Shown here: positions 56,856 to 64,000 of the stretch, piece by piece
Position numbering within the stretch: position 1 is the stretch's first letter
How the letters are laid out: each line of letters begins with the position of its first letter
NCBI GenBank assembly: GCA_048617235.1
Contig: JBMCHT010000003.1
Coordinates: 17,958 to 81,957 of the forward strand
Reading direction: 5' to 3'
Length of the DNA stretch: 64,000 nucleotides
Origin: Patescibacteria group bacterium
GTDB lineage: Bacteria > Patescibacteriota > Minisyncoccia > Phycocordibacterales > XYD1-FULL-46-19
Position numbers and translations under genes: made by a program
Notes under the pieces: generated by a model
The model's database searches: none
What the model was told of the DNA's origin: nothing
The model's input: the letters and a program-made list of their open reading frames with translations, nothing else

Positions 56856-58385
56856 ATGGAAACCTTAACCTTTCTAATTATCCTGGCTACCATTGGTCTA
56901 GCCGGAGCGGTTTTTGGCTATATTCTAAGGTGGTTGATAACCTTAGGTCAAAAAGGCTCAGTTGAGTTGACCATTAAACAAAAATTACTGGAAGCCAAGG
57001 ATCAAGCACAACAAATTATTGCTGAAGCCGAACATGAAGCGGCTGAGACTTTAAAAGAGTCTAAAACCAAGCAACAAGAAAAAGAATCCCAATTAAACAA
57101 ATTGGAAAATCGTTTATTGAAAAAAGACGAGCTTTTAGATCAAAGACAAGCAGAGATTTATAAAGAAACTGAAAATCTCAAAACCCAAAACCAAGAAATA
57201 GAAAAATTAAAAGAAGAAACCTTGGCTTTAAAAGAAAAAACGGAACAAGAATTATCCAGAATTGGAGAGTTAACTCCGGAAGAAGCCAAAGAAGAATTGT
57301 TTGCTGCTATAGAAAAACAATATGAAGAAGACTTATTGATTCGATCTCGAAAATTGGAAAATCAAGCCGGGGAAACCTTAGAAAGAAAGGCTAAAGACAT
57401 CCTATCTACTTCTATTCAAAGACTAGCCAGTTCCACTGCTCCGGAAATTATGTCCACCTCGGTTGATCTGCCATCTGAAGATGTTAAGGGAAAGATTATC
57501 GGGAAAGAAGGTAGAAATATAAGAGCCTTTGAACGAGCCACCGGAGTGGAAGTTATTATTGATGACACCCCTGGAGCCATTATTTTATCTTCATTTGACC
57601 CCATTAGACGCCAAGTAGCTAAGGTAGCCCTGAAAACCCTGCTTTTAGACGGTCGAGTTCAACCGGCCAAAATTGAAGAAGTAGTCAATAAAGCTAAAGA
57701 AGATATTTCCAAAATCATTAAAGAAAAAGGAGAACAAGCCGCTTTTGAAGTGGGAGTACTTAACTTAGACCCCCGAATTCTTTTAATTTTAGGAAGACTT
57801 CATTTCCGTACCAGTTATGGCCAAAATGTACTTCAACACTCAATTGAAATGGCTCACCTGGCCGGTATGCTGGCTGAGGAGTTGGAAGCGGATATCCAAG
57901 TAGCCAAAGCCGGGGCTTTGCTTCACGATATTGGTAAAGCGGTAGATCATGAAGTAACCGGCAGTCATGTAGAAATAGGCAGAAGAATATTGGAAAAATT
58001 TGGAGCCGGAGAAGCTATCATTAAAGCTATGCAATCACATCACGAAGAATATCCTTATGAAACCATTGAATCAATTATTGTCCAAACCGCCGATTCCATC
58101 TCCGGTGGCCGACCGGGAGCGCGTCGTGACAGTTTGGAAAATTATCTCAAACGCTTGAAAGACTTGGAAGATATTGCTAATTCTTTTTCGGGAATTGAAA
58201 AGAGCTTTGCTATTGCTGCCGGTCGCGAAATTAGAGTTTTTGTTCACCCGAAAGAAGTTTCCGATTTGGAAGCTAAAAAAATCGCTCGCCAAATCGCTGA
58301 TAAAATAGAAAAAGACTTGAAATACCCCGGAGAAATCAAAGTTAACATGATTAGAGAATCACGAGTGATAGAATATGCCCGTTAG
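56856..58385 (+). CDS. rny: ribonuclease Y
   Basis: N-terminal TM, coiled coil, KH (KGKIIGKEGRNI), RTSYGQN, HD (LLHDIGK), RPGAR. Confidence 0.98.
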   Translation: METLTFLIILATIGLAGAVFGYILRWLITLGQKGSVELTIKQKLLEAKDQAQQIIAEAEHEAAETLKESKTKQQEKESQLNKLENRLLKKDELLDQRQAEIYKETENLKTQNQEIEKLKEETLALKEKTEQELSRIGELTPEEAKEELFAAIEKQYEEDLLIRSRKLENQAGETLERKAKDILSTSIQRLASSTAPEIMSTSVDLPSEDVKGKIIGKEGRNIRAFERATGVEVIIDDTPGAIILSSFDPIRRQVAKVALKTLLLDGRVQPAKIEEVVNKAKEDISKIIKEKGEQAAFEVGVLNLDPRILLILGRLHFRTSYGQNVLQHSIEMAHLAGMLAEELEADIQVAKAGALLHDIGKAVDHEVTGSHVEIGRRILEKFGAGEAIIKAMQSHHEEYPYETIESIIVQTADSISGGRPGARRDSLENYLKRLKDLEDIANSFSGIEKSFAIAAGREIRVFVHPKEVSDLEAKKIARQIADKIEKDLKYPGEIKVNMIRESRVIEYAR

Positions 58386-58496
58386 ACACCCCTGGTTTAA
58401 AACTATTGCTAGACTTGAATATTAAGGATATACTTTAAATAGAAACTAAAGGGTCGTTGATTATCAATATTATTATCATTTTAAGTTAAAAATAAT

Positions 58497-58769
58497 ATGA
58501 ATAAACAAGCTATTGTTGAAGCCGTTCACAACAATTTGGGCGGTAAGAAAGTAGATGCTGAAAAAGCCGTGGATACGGTTGTAGATTCCATTGTTTCCAC
58601 TTTAAAACAAGGTGGAGAAGTATCTATTGCCGGATTGGGTATTTTCTCTACTAAAGAAAGAGCAGCTCGAACTGCTCGTAATCCACGAACCGGCGAAACT
58701 GTTCAAGTGCCGGCTATGCGTGTTCCCAAATTCAGAGCTGCTAAAGCTCTGAAAGATGCTGTCAAATAA
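58497..58769 (+). CDS. hup: HU family DNA-binding protein
   Basis: MNK, GLGIF, ARNPRTGE, PKFRA. Confidence 0.96.
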   Translation: MNKQAIVEAVHNNLGGKKVDAEKAVDTVVDSIVSTLKQGGEVSIAGLGIFSTKERAARTARNPRTGETVQVPAMRVPKFRAAKALKDAVK

Positions 58770-58791
58770 AAAAACAGTCACAACATTATAC

Positions 58792-58820
58792 AAAAACCGC
58801 CAAAGGAATAGGCGGTTTTT
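58792..58820. terminator. bidirectional terminator
   Basis: AAAAACCGCC-N9-GGCGGTTTTT between convergent genes. Confidence 0.8.
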
Positions 58821-58836
58821 GTTTTTTAATTTAAGT

Positions 58837-59664
58837 TTACAATTTTAAATAATTATCAAATTCAATCATTAAAGCTTGGGTTATGGAACCGGGGCAACCG
58901 TTGGCTATTGTTTGTTCATCTATTTTAACTATCGGCACTATTTTTTTATTGGTAGCGGTAATAAAAATCTCATCAGCTTGACTCAACTCCTTGGTTTTAA
59001 TTGGTTTTAAATCAACTTTCAAGCCCAAATTTTTAGCTAAAACCTTAATTACCACTTGTCGGGTAATACCATTTAAGATTCCCTCCGCTGGAGTTATTAA
59101 TTTTCCTTTTTTAACCAAAAAAATATTACTGGTAGAACACTCAAAAACTTGACCGTTAATTATATACAAAATTTCCACAGCTTTAGATTGTAAACGACGC
59201 TTCATTAAAGAAATAGCGGTTAAATAATTAGTATTTTTAGTCTCAGGTAAAAAACGGGAATATTCATAAGTAATTAATTTACCTCCCCGAATATATATTT
59301 GTTTAGGTAATTCATATAAATCTTCCACTAAAACAAAAAAGGAAGGTTGATCAGCTGTCATACCATCAACTGAAGCACCAGCTGTTAAAACCAGCCGAAA
59401 ACTGGCCTCCTTAAGTTTATTTTTCTTCAATAAAACAATAACCAATTCTTCCAATTCTTGAAAACTGATGGGAATTTTAAAACCCAAGGTTTTTACCGAT
59501 CGACAAAAACGATCATAATGATCTTTTAAATGAAAAGGGATTCCATTATAAGTCCGAAAAAAGTCAAACACTCCTACCCCTCTCAAAACCGCCAAATCAT
59601 TAACCGGAACTTGAGCTTCTTCCATTTTAACTATTTTCCCGTTGGCAAAACAATAATTTTTCAT
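58837..59664 (-). CDS. PLP-dependent aminotransferase class IV (IlvE/Dat/PabC family)
   Basis: RGVGVFDFFRTY, HYDR, KNTNY (PLP Lys), ECSTSNIF, ILNGITR. Confidence 0.92.
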   Translation of the reverse strand: MKNYCFANGKIVKMEEAQVPVNDLAVLRGVGVFDFFRTYNGIPFHLKDHYDRFCRSVKTLGFKIPISFQELEELVIVLLKKNKLKEASFRLVLTAGASVDGMTADQPSFFVLVEDLYELPKQIYIRGGKLITYEYSRFLPETKNTNYLTAISLMKRRLQSKAVEILYIINGQVFECSTSNIFLVKKGKLITPAEGILNGITRQVVIKVLAKNLGLKVDLKPIKTKELSQADEIFITATNKKIVPIVKIDEQTIANGCPGSITQALMIEFDNYLKL

Positions 59665-59668
59665 AAAG

Positions 59669-59739
59669 TGCGGGATGGGAGAATCGAACTCCCGTCTACT
59701 GCTTGGAAGGCAGTCATTCTACCACTAAACTAATCCCGC
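59669..59739 (-). tRNA. tRNA-Gly (UCC), CCA not encoded
   Basis: GCGGGAT acceptor, ACTGC-CTTCCAA-GCAGT anticodon arm, GTTCGATT T-loop. Confidence 0.95.
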
Positions 59740-59847
59740 CACACCTTTAAAAACACTTCATTCTAGCACAAAAAATCAATTAGCCAAGTTTTGGCTTAAA
59801 AGCTGAATTTTTAACTTTTTATTGTTTTTTATCATCGTTATCACTTT

Positions 59848-60246
59848 TCAAATCCAACCAACCACTAAACTCCCCGTTTTTTTATAAAGAGCTGCCCGAC
59901 CACCTGCCGGTAATTTAGCACCGGGCTCTAAAACCTTTCCTATAGCTTCCTCCTTCTCATTAACAGGTATAACCATATTATCTGTATCTCTTATCTGTTG
60001 ATTAACATAAATTGATGCACCGTCCAAAGGTCCGTCTTTTAACCCCACAATATCGGCTAAACCTAAAAAACTACCATCTTTTTGGTATTCGGCCGCCATT
60101 TTTTCAGATAACCCTATAAAAAAACTAATATCTTCAGTTAAAGGCTTTTCAATTACCATCCCATTTAAAGACCCCCCGTTTAATATTAAACCGGGTCTTT
60201 CTTTTGATTCTCCTTCTTCAAAAGGAGACCACTCATTTTCAAACAT
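59848..60246 (-). CDS. hypothetical protein
   Basis: 132-aa ORF with two similar L-x-x-G-x-L-x-G segments (LNGGSLNG, LKDGPLDG). Confidence 0.6.
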   Translation of the reverse strand: MFENEWSPFEEGESKERPGLILNGGSLNGMVIEKPLTEDISFFIGLSEKMAAEYQKDGSFLGLADIVGLKDGPLDGASIYVNQQIRDTDNMVIPVNEKEEAIGKVLEPGAKLPAGGRAALYKKTGSLVVGWI

Positions 60247-60467
60247 AATTTAATTTCTTATTAAATATAATACTTTATTATAACAGTAAAAACTAAAAAT
60301 AAAAATTTAGTCTTTTTTATTCAAAAAAGTTATAGATAATTAAAAAATCTAGAAACAATCACAAGAAATTTAAAAAACTGAAACAATGTCCACATAAAGA
60401 CATTATTCAAGATCGTTTAGTAATAACTAAAAATGGTACCGAGATTGGGTTATATCTCAATATATTA

Positions 60468-60788
60468 TTATTTTTTGAATACAGCGACTGAAATTAATTC
60501 TTGCAATAAATCTAATAATTCCTTTGTTTCTTGGTTGATTTCTTTTTCAGGAGTATCACCTTCTTCTGCTATAGGAAATACTTTATTTACAATTTCCTTT
60601 CTAAATTCATCAAACTGCTTAATTTCATCATTGTTCATTTTTACAATTTCTCCACTATCTCTTAATTTAATTAAGGCAGAAGAAATAGCCGACCAGTTCT
60701 CTTGCTCAATTAAATCTCTGAATTGTTTTATATACTTATTATCTCCCTCCGACTCCTGGGATGAAAAAACATTGGATTCTCTTGTCAT
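60468..60788 (-). CDS. hypothetical acidic helical protein
   Basis: 106-aa ORF with protein-like composition in an AT-rich segment. Confidence 0.6.
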   Translation of the reverse strand: MTRESNVFSSQESEGDNKYIKQFRDLIEQENWSAISSALIKLRDSGEIVKMNNDEIKQFDEFRKEIVNKVFPIAEEGDTPEKEINQETKELLDLLQELISVAVFKK

Positions 60789-60879
60789 AAATATTTTGTT
60801 AGTTAATTATTATTGATTCCTATTTAATTTATATCATCAATCAATAAATATTTCCAGTTTTGATAAAATCTTAATTCGG

Positions 60880-60952
60880 TCGGGCTGCCGGGATTCGAAC
60901 CCGGAATCACACGAACCCGAATCGTGTATGTTAGCCGTTACACTACAGCCCG
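60880..60952 (-). tRNA. tRNA-Pro (CGG)
   Basis: CGGGCTG acceptor, CACGA-TTCGGGT-TCGTG anticodon arm, GTTCGAAT T-loop. Confidence 0.95.
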
Positions 60953-60961
60953 AATAATTAA

Positions 60962-61035
60962 TGGTCGGGGTACCCGGAATCGAACCGAGGCCACACCCAC
61001 CCCATGGGCGCATACTACCACTGTACTATACCCCG
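60962..61035 (-). tRNA. tRNA-Pro (GGG), CCA encoded
   Basis: CGGGGTA acceptor, CGCCC-ATGGGGT-GGGTG anticodon arm, GTTCGATT T-loop, ends ACCA. Confidence 0.95.
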
Positions 61036-61123
61036 AATTCAACAATACCAAAATAGCACAAAAGATTTATTTGTGCATTCCAACAAAAACATATAAAATA
61101 AAAACTAGAAAGGAGGTGATCCT

Positions 61124-61387
61124 ATGCTTAAATATTTGCCGGTGCCGATCATTAAAAAAGTTGTTTTCGGCCCCCGTCATTGCAGAATTGAACATATGGG
61201 AAAATTGGGAAACAAAAAACGCATAAAAATCAGCCTGGATCCGGATATTTATAATGGCTTGGATCCTATATGGTTAATTTTGAGTATTGGTTCCCGAATT
61301 CGTTTAATTGACTCAATTGGTATTGATCAACAAACCATAAAAAAGGTTAAAAAAATCCTTACCAACTATAACCGCCAACAAACATAA
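61124..61387 (+). CDS. small basic hypothetical protein
   Basis: Promoter TTGTGC-N17-TAAAAT, SD AGAAAGGAGGTGATCC, downstream hairpin. Confidence 0.65.
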   Translation: MLKYLPVPIIKKVVFGPRHCRIEHMGKLGNKKRIKISLDPDIYNGLDPIWLILSIGSRIRLIDSIGIDQQTIKKVKKILTNYNRQQT

Positions 61388-61413
61388 AAAACGACATCCT
61401 GTTCCACCTCCAT

Positions 61414-61445
61414 AGCCACTTAATTTATCTTTAAATTGAGTGGCT
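61414..61445. terminator. hairpin between convergent genes
   Basis: AGCCACTTAATTTA/TAAATTGAGTGGCT stem. Confidence 0.65.
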
Positions 61446-62411
61446 TTAACCTCTGTATAAAATATAAAAAAGATAAACTAAATAAACAACTAAAAACAAA
61501 AATCCTTGCCAACGAGTCAAAATATAACGCCGCCCGACAAACATCGCTCCCAAAAGTAAAATAGCTGCCACAAAGGTTATTAAGATATCAAACTGTAAAT
61601 CAGTTGAAAAGGTAAGCGGGGTAAATAAAGCCGCTACTCCAAAAATGGCCAAGAAATCAAAAATAGCAGAACCAATAATATTTCCCACCGCAATACTCCC
61701 CTGTCGGCGATAAATAGCCGCTACCGATACTGTCAACTCCGGCAAAGAAGTTCCAATACCCACTATAGTTAAACCAACCAAGCCGGAACTCAAACCCAAG
61801 ACTCCGGCCAAAGCCAAACCACCGGTAACCACCCAATGACCACCGACAAAAACTCCGACAATTCCGGCAATTATCATTATTATAGATAAAGATAAAGTCA
61901 GAGTCCGATAACCGCTTTCTTCATCTTCATCCACCATATCTATTCCCCGTCGACGATAAAGCATATACCACAACCAAACTCCAAACATAATAAGTAATAA
62001 CACTCCCTCTTCCAAAGTAATACCCACAAAAGCCGGGTCTCCTAAAACCGGATAAAAAGCCAACCAAGTAGCTCCACCTAAAGTCAAAACATTAAAAACA
62101 AAATCTTGCTTAACCCAAACCTTTTTCATAACTACCGGACTAATTAAGGATACAATTCCTAAAATAACCAAAATATTAAAAGTATTTGAGCCAACTATTA
62201 CCCCTAAACCTAAATCAGCTTCCTGCCATAGAGAAGCCATAGTAATACTTAATTCCGGAATAGAGGTTCCTATACCCACTATCACCAAGCCAATAACCCA
62301 AGGTGAAACATTAAAAATTTTAGCCAAAGAAGCCGAGCCATTTATTAAAATATTGGCTCCTTTAATTAAAATATAAAAACCAATTATAAATAAAAAACTC
62401 TGAATTAGCAT
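61446..62411 (-). CDS. calcium/sodium antiporter (CaCA, YrbG-like)
   Basis: Two alpha repeats GTSIPEL and GTSLPEL, GSNTFN, GNIIGS; about 10 TMs. Confidence 0.94.
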   Translation of the reverse strand: MLIQSFLFIIGFYILIKGANILINGSASLAKIFNVSPWVIGLVIVGIGTSIPELSITMASLWQEADLGLGVIVGSNTFNILVILGIVSLISPVVMKKVWVKQDFVFNVLTLGGATWLAFYPVLGDPAFVGITLEEGVLLLIMFGVWLWYMLYRRRGIDMVDEDEESGYRTLTLSLSIIMIIAGIVGVFVGGHWVVTGGLALAGVLGLSSGLVGLTIVGIGTSLPELTVSVAAIYRRQGSIAVGNIIGSAIFDFLAIFGVAALFTPLTFSTDLQFDILITFVAAILLLGAMFVGRRYILTRWQGFLFLVVYLVYLFYILYRG

Positions 62412-62420
62412 AATCTTAAA

Positions 62421-64000
62421 CTAATTGCTAAACATTTCATCTTCAACCGGCAAAGGCAAATTCTCATTATTGTCGGATAAATCACCAAACAACAATGAAC
62501 TGAGTTCTTTTATATTTACAGAATCAACCGGAACCCTAATTTCCTCCACTTGATTCCAGTCACTAAAATTCTGTTGATAATCAACATTAATTTCCGAATC
62601 TAAATCAGGTAAAATCAATTTTCCGGTCAAAGTCATTTGTTTAATTAACTTCTCTTCTTGATCTATCCAAACCGCATAACTAAAATCAGACAATGACTCC
62701 AAATTATCGGTAATTTCCAACTTTTTTCGTTTGAAGATCTCAACCTTCTCAGAAGTCAAATAACGTTCTGCCTCCTCTTCTAACCACGATAATAAATTAT
62801 CCTTATCTAAACCAACCTTAAAATGATACATTGGCTGACCGTCTATGTTAGCCACAGCGGTATTGGTTAAGTTTTCAATTATCAAAGATTCTGATGAAAT
62901 AAAAGACTCTTGACTGGATTGTAATTTATCAAGATTAATTTCAATTCCCAAAAAGGCTAATTCTTCAGAAATATTATCAATTAAATATTCTATCTGAGAA
63001 TTAATGTCCATTTCACGAACCCTGACAATATCTACCGGTATCTGATCTACTTCTATCCAAGAATTCAGTAAAACGTCAACCGTAGAGGTGGATAGACGAT
63101 CAGTTGCTAATGTTTCCACGGTCTCCGGCCATTCCAATAAGCGAAAATACATATCCTTGTCTGCCAACACTAATTCTATTTGCCAAGCAGTCATCAAACC
63201 GTTTAACCACTCCGCCGGTGATTGATTGTCTGAATCAAAACCGAGATCTACCAATTCTGCCTGAATCTTGGCTGCCAGTGATTCCGGTTCCGCTTCAGCT
63301 AATAATAAACTATCCACTAAATCATTATCTAAATTCCAATCGGGAGAAACAACTCCTTTCAACCTAACTCGGCCTTGATTAGTATCCGTATCCACCAGTA
63401 ATGTAAAACCTGAAAAATCATAAGCTGTTAATAAAGACCTTAGCCACTCCACATCATCATCTGTCAGATCAGATATCTCTAAATTACCTAAATTCATACT
63501 AAAACCGGCTCCTAACATATCTTGAACTTCTGTCAGCGATTCATCCAACATGGAATCAACATCTTGACTGTTCATTTTTATTTCCAAATAACTATTTGTT
63601 GACCAAGACTCCAGATTAGTTTGATTATCCCCGACCTCAGCCATCAAATCCCAAAAAGATAAAGAATCGTTCTGTTTCTGCCAATACCACCAACCGGCAG
63701 CCGAAACAACACCTATAAAAATCAATAAACCAAACCCAATAAACAACCATACCCACCACGGTTTAGAATGTTTATAATCCTCTTTCTCCATTTTAGCCCA
63801 AGTATCATTTCCAGGGTTGGAATAAGTTTTATTTTTCAAATCTGGTTCATCCAAACTCTCATCTTCATCACTTTGATTAACCACTCCCGTATCGGCTTTC
63901 ATTTTAGGTTCAGTAACAAAATTTTGAACACTATCAACATTATCTTCAGGTTTTTGTTCTTCACTTTTTATCTCCTGCCAAGCTGTCTCCAACTCAGCTA
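62421..64000 (-). CDS. large single-TM acidic surface protein, N-terminus beyond the window
   Basis: Frame open to window edge; WWVWLFIGFGLLIFIGVVSAAGWWYW TM; C-terminal VWID...FSDWNQ..I.VP pattern reminiscent of LolA/LppX-like folds. Confidence 0.75.
   Translation of the reverse strand, partial: AELETAWQEIKSEEQKPEDNVDSVQNFVTEPKMKADTGVVNQSDEDESLDEPDLKNKTYSNPGNDTWAKMEKEDYKHSKPWWVWLFIGFGLLIFIGVVSAAGWWYWQKQNDSLSFWDLMAEVGDNQTNLESWSTNSYLEIKMNSQDVDSMLDESLTEVQDMLGAGFSMNLGNLEISDLTDDDVEWLRSLLTAYDFSGFTLLVDTDTNQGRVRLKGVVSPDWNLDNDLVDSLLLAEAEPESLAAKIQAELVDLGFDSDNQSPAEWLNGLMTAWQIELVLADKDMYFRLLEWPETVETLATDRLSTSTVDVLLNSWIEVDQIPVDIVRVREMDINSQIEYLIDNISEELAFLGIEINLDKLQSSQESFISSESLIIENLTNTAVANIDGQPMYHFKVGLDKDNLLSWLEEEAERYLTSEKVEIFKRKKLEITDNLESLSDFSYAVWIDQEEKLIKQMTLTGKLILPDLDSEINVDYQQNFSDWNQVEEIRVPVDSVNIKELSSLLFGDLSDNNENLPLPVEDEMFSN

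Noticed and set aside
60330-60816. Plus-strand ORF 60433-60816 and tiny minus-strand ORFs near 60330-60405
   Set aside because: The first is the antisense shadow of 60468-60788; the tiny ones have no supporting signals.
61107-61122. 16-nt match to the 16S rRNA 3' end as an rRNA fragment
   Set aside because: The match does not extend and sits at SD distance from an ATG, so it is treated as a ribosome-binding site.
59530-61226. ORFs 59530-59733 and 60924-61226
   Set aside because: They run antisense across tRNA genes and are spurious.
1-64000. Alternative genetic code (UGA as Gly, as in Gracilibacteria and Absconditabacteria)
   Set aside because: Conserved genes are full length under the standard code and TGA ends pyrF at a normal ATGA overlap.

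Overview
AT-rich (roughly 35% GC by eye) core region of a small-genome bacterium that looks like Patescibacteria/CPR, probably Parcubacteria-like. The assignment is inferred from the missing rpmD (L30) in the spc operon, split ComEC, a type IV pilus locus, SD-less AT-rich leaders and many acidic single-TM surface proteins. The window carries the str-S10-spc ribosomal superoperon through secY-adk-map-ndk, infC-rpmI-rplT, smpB-ssrA, ftsH, truB, recJ-rnhA-comEC, pgk-tpiA, pilB-pilC with four minor pilins, nusA, ppa, tig-clpP-rny-HU, four tRNAs (including an unusual tRNA-Ile with UAU anticodon) and a compact 6S-like RNA. Several self-contained, mostly GC-richer accessory units sit between the core genes. 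The best candidate for an undescribed system is 9199-14067: a FadL/OmpP1-type outer-membrane lipid channel (unexpected in an apparent monoderm), a PhcB-like SAM methyltransferase, a multi-TM GAF histidine kinase and a receiver protein, which together resemble a fatty-acid-methyl-ester signalling module. Other notable signals are strong genome-wide CCGG enrichment, a mirror-spaced 14-cysteine exported protein inserted between fusA and tuf, a long structured rny leader and recurrent promoter-proximal hairpins. All calls come from reading the sequence and ORF track; no searches were run.
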